Assembly (NCBI GenBank): GCA_014905635.1
Contig: JABVCE010000035.1
Location: 62,001 to 126,000 of the forward strand
Source of the DNA: Scenedesmus sp. PABB004
Lineage: Eukaryota
Length of the DNA stretch: 64,000 bases
Reading direction: 5' to 3'
Of this stretch, positions 38,895-51,211 are shown one piece after another. The notes below the pieces were generated by a model that was given only the letters and a program-made list of their open reading frames with translations, had not been told where the DNA came from and did not search any database. The translations under genes were made by a program, and so were the position numbers. Position 1 is the first letter of the stretch. Every line of letters begins with the position of its first letter.

Positions 38895-41713
38895 ATGGCT
38901 CCGCTCGGCCTGCTGGGCTCGAGCCCGGCGCTGGCGAGCAGCCCGCCGGCCCGTAGCGCTACGGGCCCCGTGCCCATCAAGGCGGGCGGGCGGGCCGCGC
39001 TGAGCAAGAGCGTGCCCGCGGCAGCGCCCCATGAGGCGCTGGGGCCCGAGCTGGCGCGCCGGACGAGCGAGACGGCCGGCGGGCGCAAGCTGAGCTTCAG
39101 CAAGACCCCCGCCTCCGCCAGCGCGGCCGCCAGCGGCCCCGGCAGCGGCGGGCGGCCCCCCGCGGGGCCCTCCGCCGTGGCCCAGGTCTGCGTCGGCTTC
39201 GCGCCCGCGCCCGAGGCGGCGCCCCTGGTCAGCAGCCCCGGCCGGCGCGCGACGCAGTCGTCGCTGCTCAGCCGCGCGCTGCTGGGCAGCGAGCTCTTCG
39301 GCGCCTCCGCCCCCTCGGGCGCCTTCCAGGTGCGACGCGGGACGGCCCGCAGCCCGGATCCGGGGGGCCCCGGGGCCGCCCAGGCGACGACTGGGGGACC
39401 GCGGCATAGCGCGCGCCGGCGCCGCGCAGCGCCGCTCGCCGCCCGCTGACCGCGCTGCCGCTCGCGCGCGCCGCCGGCGCAGGGCCTCGTCGTGCTGCCC
39501 GACCGCGCGGCGGCCGACCTCACGTCCGGCGTGGACATGGGCCCGCTGCGGCGCCTGCAGGAGCAGCACCCGGTGTTCCGCGGCTCCAACGCGGCCGCCG
39601 CGTACGCGCTCGCGGCGCGCGCGCACGCGGGCCAGGCGCGCAAGAACGGGGAGACCGTGCTCAGCCACGTCTGCGCGACGGCGCTCATCCTCGCCGAGCT
39701 GGGCCTGCCCGAGGACGTCGTCGCGGCGGGGCTGCTGCACGACGTGCTCGACGACACCCCGACGCAGCGCTGGCAGCTCGAGGCGCTGCTCCCGGGCAGC
39801 GTGGTCGGGCTCGTGGCGCGCGTGTCGCAGCTCAACCAGCTCTCCCAGGCGTACCGCGACAACACGCACACGCTCGAGGCCGAGGCGATGCTCGACATGC
39901 TCACCAGCATGGACGACGTTTCCGCGCTGCTCATCAAGCTCGCCGACCGCCTGCACAACATGCGCACGATCAGCGCGCTGCCGCGCTGCAAGCAGGCACG
40001 CGCGCGCGCGCGTGGCGGCGGCGCTGGCGGCTGCGGCGGCGGCAGCAGCGCCCGCGCGCGACGCGCGCCGCGCGCCGCGCCGCGCGCCGCGCTCACGCGT
40101 CCCTCTCCCTGCCTGCCCTCGCTCCCCCGCGCGCGCAGGTGCGCATGGCGAGCGAGACGCTCGACGTCTTTGCCGTGCTCGCCAACCGCCTCGGCGCGTG
40201 GGCGATCAAGGCGGAGCTCGAGGACCTCTCCTTTGCGGCGCTCAACCCGGAGGAGTACGCGCTCGTCGCGGCCGCGGTCGCGGAGCGCGCGGCGTCCGAG
40301 GCGGGCGCCGCGCTCGCGGGCGGCGTGGAGGAGGTGACGGCCGCGCTCGCGGCGGCGGGGCTCGAGGTCGTCGACGTGTCGGGGCGCGTGAAGAACGTGT
40401 ACGGCGTGTGGCGCAAGGTGCAGAAGGCCATGCGCGCGCGCGCCGCGCGCGCGTCGGGCGCCGGCGCCGGCGACGCCGCGCGCTCGAGCGACGGCGAGGA
40501 CGGCGCGCCGCCGTCGCCGGCGGCCGCCGCCGCGGCGGCGCCAAGCCCGTTTGCGACGCCCGAGGCGCGCGCGGCGGCGCTGGCTGAGGCGCTCGCGGGC
40601 GTGCACGACATCCAGGCGCTGCGCGTCGTCGTTCCGCACAAGCACGACTGCTACGCCGCGATGCGCGTCGTCGCGGGCGTCTGGGACGTCGTCCCCGGCC
40701 GCGTCAAGGACTACATCCGCCAGCGCAAGGCCAACGGCTACCAGTCGCTGCACCTCACCGTGCGCGACGCGCGCGGGCAGGCGCTCGAGGTCCAGATCCG
40801 CACGCCCAAGATGCACTACATCGCCGAGTACGGCTTTGCCGCGCACTGGCGCTACAAGGAGCGCCTCGGCCGGCAGGACCTCTGGCTCGACCGCCTGGTG
40901 CAGTGGAAGAAGTGGGTGGCGAGCGAGAAGCTCGGCATACTCGACCGCAAGCTCCGCCCGAGCGGCAGCCCCGGCGGCGGCGCCGGCGGCGACGCCGCGC
41001 TCGCGGGGCTCGCGTCGCGGCTCGGGCTCGAGGCCGGCGCCGGCGGCGGCGGCGCGCCGCTGCGCAGCGTGTCGGCAGGCGACGCGTTTGTCGCGGAGCT
41101 GCTCGCGGCGTCGGGCGGCGAGCCCGCGCCCGCGCCCGCGGGCGTCGCGCCGTCGTCGTCGCCGGCGGACGAGCGCTTTGCGGCGCGCTTCCGCATGGAG
41201 CCGATCAGCGAGGCGGAGCTGGACCAGCACGGCGCGGCGGTCATGATCAGCGGCCCGCGCGGCGCCGCGATCGCGCAGCTGCCCGCGCGCTGCACCGTCG
41301 CGCAGTTGCTCGGCAGCCGCGCGCTCGCGGGCCACCTCGCGGCGGCGCGCGGCGCCGGCGCCGGCGCGCCGCGCGGCCTCGCGACGACCGCGGCGCCGCC
41401 GGTGCAGCTCGCGGTCAACGGCGTCGTGGTGATGCCCGGCCAGGCCGACGCGGTCGTGCTGCGCAGCGGCGACCAGCTGCAGGTGCTCGACGACCCGCAC
41501 CACCTGCCGCTGCGCGGCGTAGCCGCCGGCGACGCCGGCCGCGGCGGCGCCGCGCCCGACCAGGCGCCGGCGCTGCCCGGCGCGCTCGCGGGCGCGGGCG
41601 AGAGCCTGCAGCTGTTCGTGCCGGGCGCGGGCGAGGCGATGGAGCTGGCGCTGCAGCGCAAGCTGCACGTGCCGGCGCGCGCGCCCGCGCGCGCGCCGGC
41701 GCTCGTGTCGTAG
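38895..41713 (+). CDS. RSH: RelA/SpoT homologue (plastid (p)ppGpp synthetase/hydrolase)
   Basis: HD domain AHAGQARKNG..AAGLLHDVLDD..IKLADRLHNMRT; synthetase GRVKNVYGVWRK, DIQALRVV, KDYI..KANGYQSLH and EVQIRT..AEYGFAAHWRYKE; Ser/Ala-rich transit-like exon 1. Confidence 0.95.
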
Positions 41714-42925
41714 CGAGGCGCCGCGCCGCCGCGACGGCGGCTCCGGCCGGGCTATTTCATGCGACGGCGGCGGGGCGGCCCTGCGCACCGGCAGGCAGCC
41801 CGCGCGCCCGGCCGCCGGCGACTCCTAAGCGGCACTGCCACTGGCGGCGGTGCGCTCCCGCCGCGGCGCGCCCCCGCGGCGCGCGGGGCGGCGCGCCGCC
41901 GCCCGCGGCGCGCCTGTGACCACATGCGTTTGTATTCGTTAGAGCGGGTTTGTGGTGTGCGGTGCTGTGTGAGGGGCCCGCGCACGCGGGCGGCGACGGT
42001 GACGGGTGATGATGAGGGCGGCGGTGTCGGGGCGGGCAGCTGGATTCGGGCAGCGGCCGCCGCGCGCGGGCCCTGCATTCACTCAGCGCCACACGCCAGC
42101 GCCGCGCGCGCACGCGCGCGCGCACTCACGCCGCTGAATGTACCACCAACGGGGATGTACACCAGGGCTGCAGGGCGGGCATAATCGATTGCGGGCGGAC
42201 CTCGGGCGGTCGCCTCTCGTCCCTCCCGCTGCTGCTTCTTTGACGGCCTTCTTCTATGGCACTGCTGCGCTAGCAAGAGCGCCCCTCGCCGCCCCCGGCG
42301 GCGGCGGCAGCTCGTGTGTACGTGTGGCGCGGCCGGCACGCACCGCGCGGCGCGGCGTCGACCGCCGCGCAAAGATGCGGCGGCCAGCGCGCTTTGTACC
42401 AGTATCACCCAAGGGCTGCTCAGCAGCGGCCACGCGAGCGGCAGCCCATGTACTCAGATTGATTGCGGCGGCTTCGGCGGCGCGCAGCGGGCCTGCGCTC
42501 TCTCGATCGTGTGCGTGTGTGCGGCGGCAGCGATTGCAGGGCCGCCCCGCAGCATCTGCGCAACGGCCCGATGTGGGGAGGGCGGGGGGGACAGCGGCAT
42601 CGTTTGAACACGCAGCAGCAGGAGGCGTGTCCCCGGCGTGCGCTTGCCGGGCGTTGACGAAGTGGCGAGCGGCGGACTTTTGCGGGCCGCGGTGGTTGCC
42701 GAGGATCGGGGCGGCCGCAGACGGCGCCCAACGCACGCACGGCGGTCCCTCACGCGGCAGCAGCCTGCCGCCGGCGGCGCTCGTTTGCTTCCCAGGCACT
42801 GCGCGGCCGGCCCCGCTGCGACGCGAGCCGGGCGGGGGGAGCACTCACGCGTTAACCAGAACACGTTTTGTCCCACCAGTTCGCGCCCGCGCCGACTCGA
42901 CCGCGCCCGGCGGCGGTTTGCTCGC

Positions 42926-43258
42926 TCACTCGGGCTGCGCGTGCAGCGCGACGAGCGTGTCGCCGACCAGGTAGAGGCTGCCCGTGACCAGCACCTGCAG
43001 CCGCACGCCCGGGCGCGCGTGCGCGGCCGCCTCGAGCCAACCCAGCGCCTGCCCGACCGAGCCCAGCACCGCCGCCCCCGACGCGGCGTCCTGCGGGCCG
43101 ACGCCTGCCGCGGGCGGGGCGCGCGCGTGCGGGGGCGGCGTCGGCGGGGCGCCGCCGCCGCGGCCGCGGGCCGCGCCCAGCTGCGCGCTGCGCGCGCAGC
43201 GCGCGCCGCGGCGCACCCGGCACGTCCGGCAGCGGCGGCAGGCGCGCGCGCTCCGCCG

Positions 43259-43297
<39 letters not shown>

Positions 43298-43561
43298 GGC
43301 AGCGCTGCCAGACGCCGGCGAGCGCCGCCTGCCAGCTCAGGTCTGCGTGCGCCTCGGCAACCAGCGCCGCCTTGCTGCTCGTCGGCAGGAAGGCGTACTG
43401 GCTGTCGGGCGGGACGAACAGCGCGACCGCCGGCGCCGCGCCCGCGTCGCGCAGCGCGCCAAACAGGTGCGGCAGCAGCACCTCGGGGTCGCGCTCGCGC
43501 ATGCAGTTGAACAGCAGCACGCGCAGCACGCCCCCCTCCGGCTGCGCGCCGTGCTGCCCCA

Positions 43562-43596
<35 letters not shown>

Positions 43597-45667
43597 GCCT
43601 GCTGCTGCTGCGCCTGCTCCCCCGCCGGCTGCGGCTGGCCCGCGCCCGCGGCCTGCGCAAACCACACGCCGCAGGTGACCATGCTCTCCGGCGTGTGCGC
43701 GCCGTCAAGGTAGAGCGTCAGGCGGCTGCCGCCGCCGCCGCCGGGCAGCGCAAACCCAGGGTGCGGCACAACCTGCGGGCGAGCGGGCGGGCGGGCGGGC
43801 GGGCGGGCGGGCGGGCGGGCGGGCGGGCGGGCGTGTGCGCGCGGCCGCGCCGGCCTGGACGCGGGGGCAAGCGGCGGCGGGTGGCGCGGCGCGGGCCCCG
43901 GCGGCCCACCTGGCTCCGGCCCGGCCACGCCGCGGTGCGGAGGCCCTCGCCGTACGCGGCCGGCAGCTGGCCCGCCGCGAGTTCCTGCAGCCGCTGCGCC
44001 GCGCCCGCCGCGCCGGGCGGCGCCGCGCCGCCGGGCAGCGGCGGCGGCGGCGGCGGCGCCAGCCGCGGCGCGGCCGCTGCGTCGGCGCCGCCCGCCGGCT
44101 GCGCGGCGGCGCGGTGCGCCTCCCACGCGCGCGCGAGCGCCACCGCGAGCGAGGCATTCAGCCGCTGGTGCTCGCCCGCCAGCCCCACGGCGATGCCGCC
44201 GCCGGGCGCCGCCGCCGCCGCCGCAAAGCCCGCCAGCGGCGGCGCGAGCTGCACCTCAGTCCCGACCGCCGCGGCGCACGCCTGGGGGCCGCCGGCGGCG
44301 GCGGCGGCACGCGCGCGCTCGGCTGCGCTGCACCGGCGGCGGCGGCGGCGGCGGCCAGCGCGCGTGCGCGCGCACCTCCAGCGAGGCCATCGCCTCGGGC
44401 GGCTGCGGCACGGTGAAGCAGGGCACGCGCGGGCGCATGATGCCGGCCTTTTCAGCCGCGATCAGCCCCAGCGTGTGCCCCAGCAGCTCCATGTGGTCAA
44501 ACCCCAGGCTCGCGATGCCTGCGCCCGGCGGCGGCGGCGGCGGCGGCGCGTGGGCGGCAGCGCGGACGCGGCGGCGCAGGGCGTCCCGCGCGGGGAGCGA
44601 CGCCCGCCAGCGCGCGCCGCGCGGCGCGCCGCACCCGTGACGGCGGGCGCGCGCAGGACGTTGGTTGCGTCAATGCGGCCGCCGATGCCCACCTCCAGGA
44701 TGACAACATCCGGCGCGGCCTCGACAAACACCTGCAGGGCTGCAGCGCGCGCGCGCCGCGCCGGCGGCGGAGCGGGGCGACGGCGCGGGGCGACAGCGTC
44801 TCGGCCCGCACGCGCCGCCCCCTGCGTGCGCGCGCTGCCGGCGGCCCTCGCCGCCCTCGCCGCCCGCCACGCGCTGGCCGGCCCTGAGCCCTGAGCCCCG
44901 CTCGCTCACCGAGGAGCGTGAGGAACCGAAAGTAGCCAGGCATGCCCACCTCGGGCGTGGCCGCCGCGGCGAGCGCGTTGTAGCAGCGCCAGAACGCGGC
45001 GCCAAACGCGGACTTGGACACCATGCGCCTGCGCCGCGGCGCGGCGCGCGAGCGACTCGGCGCGCGCGGCACGGCGGGGTGGCGGCGCGCTGCGGCGGCG
45101 CGCGCGCGCGGCGCGCACGCGGGCGCGGCGCGCGCACCCGTTGAGGCGCACGCGCTCGCGCACGTCGCAGAGGTGCGGCGAGGTGAACATGCCGGTCGAG
45201 TAGCCCGACGCGCGCAGCACGCTCTCGACCATCGCGCACGTCGAGCCCTTGCCCTTGGTGCCGGCGACGTGGACCACGCTCAGGCGCTGCACGGCGTCCT
45301 GGATGCCCAGGCGCTGCAGCCGCGCGGGCGCTGCGTGGGCGGGCGCGGGCGGCAGCTGGAGCTGCTGCTCCTGCGTCTGCCGCCGCCGCCGCACCTCCAG
45401 GTACACCGGCATGTTCTCGTGGGCGTCGCGCCAGTTCTTGCCGTCCGCGCGGGTCTTGTGCTTGATCAGGCCGCTCAGGATGTCCAGCAGCGCGTCCCAG
45501 TCGTCGTCGCGGCGCGCCGGCGGCGGGCCCGCCGCGCTGCTCACGGCCGCGGCGGCCGCGCCCGGCGCCCCATTGGCCGCTCCCCCGCCGGCGCTGCCCA
45601 TGCCTACGCCACGCGCGTGCCGGCTGCCGACCAGCGACCCGCGCAGCGCGGTGGCGAGGCACCTCAT
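42926..45667 (-). CDS. FPGS: Folylpolyglutamate synthase
   Basis: [92 protein letters not shown] and [11 protein letters not shown]. Confidence 0.97.
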
Positions 45668-45697
45668 TCAGCGCCGGCGCCGCTGCTGGTGCTGCAT
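45668..45697 (-). promoter_or_regulatory. Candidate upstream ORF MQHQQRRRR* abutting the FPGS start (TGA-ATG)
   Basis: ATG at 45697 in GCCATG context; TGA at 45670-45668 directly followed by the in-frame ATG at 45667. Confidence 0.5.
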
Positions 45698-46250
45698 GGC
45701 GCGCGCGGCGGGATCCTGGGCGCCGGACTGCTGCGTGGGCTGGGCCCTGGGCGCAACGGGAGCGGGGCTGGGCGCGGCGGCGGGGCGCTGAACCGCTCTC
45801 GCGGGCGCGGCACCGGCGGCGCAGTCGTCGCGTCGGTCGTTTGTCACCACGCCCCCGGCGCCGCGGGGTCAGAGAGATGTGCACGTGATGCTGCTGGCCC
45901 CACCGCACGCCGTATAAGTACAAGCCGCTGCCGCGCCCGCCCCGCTTGCTGTGCGCGGGGCGCGCGCGCCCTTGGTTTGCAGCGCGACATGCACACGCGC
46001 GCCGCTCGCGCCGGCACACCACCGTCACGACCATCTACAACAGACACAATGAACCGCCCCCGCCGCAGCGGCGCGCGCGTCTTGCAGCACGCCCCGCGCG
46101 GCCGTACGCCGGCGCGCGCGCGCCTCGCCACACCACCACACGACCACAGGCGCCCCCCGCCGCGTCGGCGCGCGCCGGCGCGCCGGCGGGCTGCACGCGC
46201 GGCGCAGCCGGCGCGCGCCGCGGCGCCGCCCTGAGGAGAGAGGGGGGTGC

Positions 46251-47414
46251 TCAGTTGCCGTAGACCTTCTTGAGGAACGCCTTGATGTTGGACACCAGCT
46301 CCTCGCGGTCGGGGCCAAACACCAGGTAGCGGTACGAGAACCTGCGACAAACGGCGCGGCGGCGCCGACGGTCAAAGCGCGTCCGCGGCGGGCCGGCGCG
46401 CCCGGCGGGCGGGCCGCGCCGCGCGCGCGCGCGCAGGGAGGGGAGGAGGGGCGGCCAGTGCCGCGCGCGCGCGCGCGGGCCGAGAGCGAGCGGCGGTGGC
46501 GGCGGCGGCGGCGCACCAGCCAGTCACGACGACGCCGACGAGCTCGATGAGGTCGCTGATCACGGGGATCTTGTCGACCGCGTCCACGACGCTCGACGCC
46601 GCCACGAGCAGCAGCAGCGCGCCGCCGGTCACCGCGATCGCGGCGGGCTTGTCCTCCGTCTCCTCCCACTTGGTCTGCGGCGCGGCGCGCGCGCGGGCAG
46701 CGCGGCGGTTGGTGGCGGTTGGGCGGAAACGGCCGCCGCGCCTGGGGCGCGCGGTCGCTCTGCCCGGCGCTGCCGCACCTGGATCCAGGCGCCCGTGTTG
46801 GAGGCGGTCTCCTGCAGCTTCTTGTTGAGCTCCTCCGCGTCGACGTCGGGCGCCTTGTAGCTGGCGCGCACCGCCACCGACGGGCGGCGGGCGGGCAGGC
46901 CTGGGCCGGCGGTGGCGAGGGCGGCGTGGCGGGCATGGCGTGAGGCGGCGCGCGAGGGAGAACGCCGCCGCTGCCGGTGGCGCGGGCCCGCGCATGCCCG
47001 CGAGCGCCGGCCGCCCTGCCGGCGCGCGGGCCGGCAGCGGCGCGGGTGGCACGGCGCCCCGCAGCTTCCTGGCAACGCCCTGCACGCGCACGCGGCGCGC
47101 CGCGGCCGCGCGGCGCCGGGGCGGGCGGGGGCGGGCGCTGCCCTGCGGGCGCGGCGCCCTGCCGGCGCACCTGCGAGCCTGGGCGCCACGGCCGCCTTGG
47201 CGCCGGGCCTGCGGAACGGACGGGCGGCCGTGGCCGCGATCAGGGGGCGCGGCGCCGAAGACGGGCGCAACCGCCGATCAGCGCCCCCCGCCCCCCGCTG
47301 CCAGGGCGCGCGCGCCGCCCGCCCGCACGCGCTCGGCGTGGATCAGCGCGCGGGAGGCCCGACGACGCACCGGGCCACCGCGCCGGCGCGGGCGGAGCGC
47401 AGCATCGCGGCCAT
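46251..47414 (-). CDS. CURT1: CURVATURE THYLAKOID 1 (CAAD-domain) protein
   Basis: Transit-like N-terminus ..VAVRA; KWEETEDKPA..VVDAVDKIPVISDLIELVGVVVTGW|FSYRYLVFGPDREEL. Confidence 0.92.
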
Positions 47415-47603
47415 GTCTGCGTTCGGGCTGCTGTGGGTGCGGGTGGGAGTCGTGAGAGCGGTGGGCGGAGTGGGCTGGAGTGGCTGTGGAGGCCCGGGAC
47501 GCGGCGCCGGTGCGATCAACCGGCGGCGGCGGCGGCGGCGGTTCAAACACGATGACGTGCAACCGTCGCTCGGTCGCGCGCGCGCCGCCGCCGCAGTTCC
47601 CCC

Positions 47604-48232
47604 ATGAAGCAGCTTGCTTTGGAGCTGAAGGCCCGGTGGGCCGAGCTTCTGCTCACGGGCCAAAAGAGCGTCGAGCTCCGCCGCGCGGCGCTCCCGGCAG
47701 CGCACGCCGGGCAGCCCGTGCTCCTGCTCGCCACGCCCGACGACCCCGACGCCGAGGGCCGCTCCTCCCTGCCGCCGGAGACGCTGGAGGCGGGCCACGC
47801 CGGCGCCGCGATCGTGCGCCGCCGCGCCGGCGCGCGCTCGCTCGTGCCGCTGCGCGGCCCCCGCGCACGCGCCGCCCGTCCGTTCTCTATTCAGGTGGGG
47901 ACCGTGACGTTCGACGGCCAGGTCGTCTACACGACCTACCAGCAGTGGGCGGCGGACGAGGCCCTGCACCGCGTCCCGCCAGGCACGCCGTACAGCTGGG
48001 TCCCCGGTGCGGGCTGACTGCACTGCAGTCGGCGCGCGGCCGACTGCGGAGCGGAGCCAGCCGGGCGTGGGCACGGCCGCCGCCCCAGCCGGCGCACGCC
48101 GCCGCCGCCGCAGGCGTGACGACGCGCATGTTTGGCTGGCGCGTCGCGGCGGCGTCCCGCGCCGAGCCGCCGCGGCCGGTGCCGGCGATGCGGCGGCTGC
48201 AAGGCAGCTGGTGGGCGGTGACGGCGCCATGA
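47604..48232 (+). CDS. ASCH/PUA-like domain protein
   Basis: LELKARWAELLLTGQKSVELR (GxKxxExR motif), AI|VGTVTF and a last exon MFGWRV..; 3 exons. Confidence 0.72.
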
Positions 48233-48365
48233 GCGTCGGCCGGCAACGGTGACCTGCGCACGCCCGCCGCAGCCCGCGCCTCGCCGCGCGTCGCGCGCCC
48301 CCGACGCGCGTTGCTGGGCCAGCATCTGCGCCAGCACAAGCCAGCCACCACCCGCCCGTCGCGCG

Positions 48366-51021
48366 TCACGCGCCGCCGCCGCCGCCGCCGCCGGCGCCGG
48401 CGCGCTGCGCGGCCAGCAGCGCGAGCAGGCGCGCCTCGACCTCGGCCTTCTTGGTCGGCCCGCCGCGCTGGCCGTGCGCGCGCAGAAAGGCCTGCATCTC
48501 CGGCACGCTCACGCCCTTCAGCGCCACGCCGCACCCGGCCGCGTGCGCGGCGTGGACCTTAGCGGTCACCGCCGCGAGGTCCAGCTCGGCCTTGGGCTTG
48601 CGCGGCTTGGGCGGCGCCGCAGCGGGCGCCGGCGCGCCACCCTCGGACGCGGGCGGCGCGGCGCCGGCCGTGGTCGCGGCAGCCGGCTTCCTGGCGGCGG
48701 CGGGCTTGGCCCGCTTGGCTGCCGGCGGCGGCTTGGCCGCGCTGCCGCCGGCCGCCGCGGGGCGCTTCAGCGCGGGCGCAGAGCCGCCGCCGCCGGCCGC
48801 GGGCGCGCCGCCCGCCTGCGCCTGCTGCGCCAGCGCCGCGGCCAGGCCCGCGCCCAGCGCCGGCCGGGGCTTGGCCGCGCCGCCGCCGGGCGTCGCCGGC
48901 TTGCGGCCCTGGGCTGGCCGGCGGCCCGCCGCGCCGCCGCCGCCCCTGCCGGCGCCGCTGAGCAGGCCGCCGCTGCTGCGCGGCAGCGCGACACTGACCA
49001 CGCTCGCCTTCGCCTCCGCCGCGCGCTCAGCAGCCTTGGCCGCCAGGAACTGCTGCAGCCCAGAGAAGTCGCTGCCGCCACCACCGGCGCGGCGCTGCCG
49101 GTCGGCCGGGCGCGCGGCCTGCGAGCCCGCCTGCGAGTCGGCGCCCGCCGGCGCGCCGAGGTCCTGCAGCTCCTGCAGGCCCAGCATCTGCGCTGCCGGC
49201 CCGGACAGCCCCGGCGCCGGGACGCCTGCCGGCGCCTGCGCGCCGCCGGGCCCGCCGGGCGCGGTGGCGGCGGCCGCCTTGGACGCCGCCAGCAGCGCGC
49301 TCGCCGTGCTCCAGCCTGCCGACATGCTGAACAGTCGCGGCCCCGCGGCCGCCGCGCCGGCGCTGGCGCCGTCCTGCGAGACCTGCACCAGCTCTGCGCT
49401 GATGCCGGGCGCCGCCACGCCCCCAGCGCCGCCGCCGGCGTCCGCCTCCACGCGCAGGCCGCCCGGCCCGAACAGCTGCAGCCCGCGGCCGCGCAGGCCG
49501 TCCAGGAGCTCGCGCAGGGCGCCCGCAAACGCGGCACCGCCGGGCGCGGCGCCCGGCTGCGGCTGCAGCCCCAGCGCGGCCAGCACGCAGCACGAGGGCG
49601 CCTCGAGCGCCGCCTCCTCCGCGTCGGCGTGGCCGGCGAGGCCCACCAGGAAGGGGAAGCGCGGCGGCAGCGCGAGCCCGTGGTGGCCGAGCCAGAACCG
49701 CGCGAGCCGCGCGAGCGCGTCGGGGTCGGTCGGCGCGGCGCGCAGGCCCTTGATGAATGCCGTCCTGCAATCGCGGCGGGGCCGGCGGCGCCTCAGCGCG
49801 CGCAGGTGGCGGGCGCGCACGCCGCCAACCTCCCAGCCCATCGGCGCATGCAGCCGCGCCGCGCGCCGCCACCCGACCCGTCGCGCACCGCTCGTCCGGC
49901 AGCAGCTTGACGGCGCGCCCCTCCAGCTGCCGCGCCGCCGCGGCGAGCTTGGCGGCGTCGGCCAGCAGCGCGGCGTCGCCGTCGCCGAGCGCGAGCGGCG
50001 CGCGCAGCGCCTTGGGCTCGGCCGCCAGCGCCTGCATGGGTGAGAAGGGCCGGAACTTCACGGTGCCTGGCGGCCCGGTCCGCGCGCGCGGCGGGCGGCA
50101 GCAGCGGCGGCGTGAGCGCTGCGGCGCTTGCGCGCGCGCGCCAAGGCTGCCAGCGCCGCTGCGCAGCGCATGCCGTGGCGCACCTGCCGAGCGCACGCAC
50201 AGCAGCAGCTTGCTCGGCGGCACGCCCTGTGCCTCAAACTCCACGAGCGTCGCCGCCGCGAGCTGCCCCGGCGGCGCGGCGAGCAGGTCGGCCGACACGA
50301 GGCGGCCGCGGCTCAGGCCCATCCACTGCGGCCCGGCGGGCGCGTCGCCGCTGCCGCTGCCGCCGCGGCCGGCGGGCACGCCGCAGCTGCTGCCGGTCAG
50401 CGCCTTGACCGCCGCCGCGTGCAGCACCTCGTGCAGCTCCCACGCGCCGAGCGGCGCCAGGCTGATGCACGCCTTGACGCTGCCCAGCGAAAAGCCCAGC
50501 GCCTCCTGGTGGGGCATCAGGGCCTTGTACACGCTCGCAGCCGCGTCCTGCGAGTGCCGGGCGGGCGGCGGCAGCGGTCGGGGCCGCGCGCAGCGCGTGC
50601 GCTGAAGCGCGGATGTGGGCGCGGCGCGCTCACGCGCGGCGCGGCGCGCTCACGCGCGGCGCAGCGCGCGCGCACGCACCTTGGGGCACAGCAGCTGCAG
50701 CGCGTCGGCCGCCGCCGCCTGCGCGACGAACGCGCCGCCGACGCCGGCGGCCCGCGCGGCGGCCTCGACGCGGCACAGCGCCTCGTGCAGCGCGCCCGCG
50801 GCCGCCGCCGCCGCCTCCGCGGCCGCCTCCTCGTCGTCATCGTCGTCATCGTCGTTAGCGGGCGCGGCGCGTCCGGCGGCGGCGCCGGGGAGGCGCAGGC
50901 GGAGGCGGACGAGCTTCGTAAAGTCGGCGCCGGCGTGCAGGACGACCGTGACCGGCTCCGCCGGCCCCGCCGCGCGTGAGGCGGCCCGCGGGGCCGAGCT
51001 GGCGGCCTGCCAGAAGGCCAT
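48366..51021 (-). CDS. Uncharacterised protein, possibly DUF4708/C18orf63-like, with C-terminal SAP-like motif
   Basis: 4 exons; VKLLPDER|TAFIKGL..RFWLGHHGLALP and terminal VSVPEMQAFLRAHGQRGGPTKKAEVEARLLALL. The gene looks solid; the family call is tentative. Confidence 0.5.
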
Positions 51022-51211
51022 CGGGCGCGGCGCCGGCGGGAGCGGGCGCCGGCGGCCGGCGGCGTGCCGCCTCGCTGCAAACGCGGCGGGCCTGAGGCGC
51101 TCGCCAACGCTGCGCTGGAACGTCTGTCGGGGTGGTTATGGGCCGCGGAGCGGCTGCGGCGCGCTGCGAGCTGCGCGGCGATTCAAAGCGCGCGGGTTTT
51201 CCACAAAGCCC

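Noticed and set aside
38895..41713. RelA/SpoT as bacterial contamination or recent transfer
   Set aside because: It has spliceosomal introns and a transit-like leader; RSH genes are standard in algae and plants.
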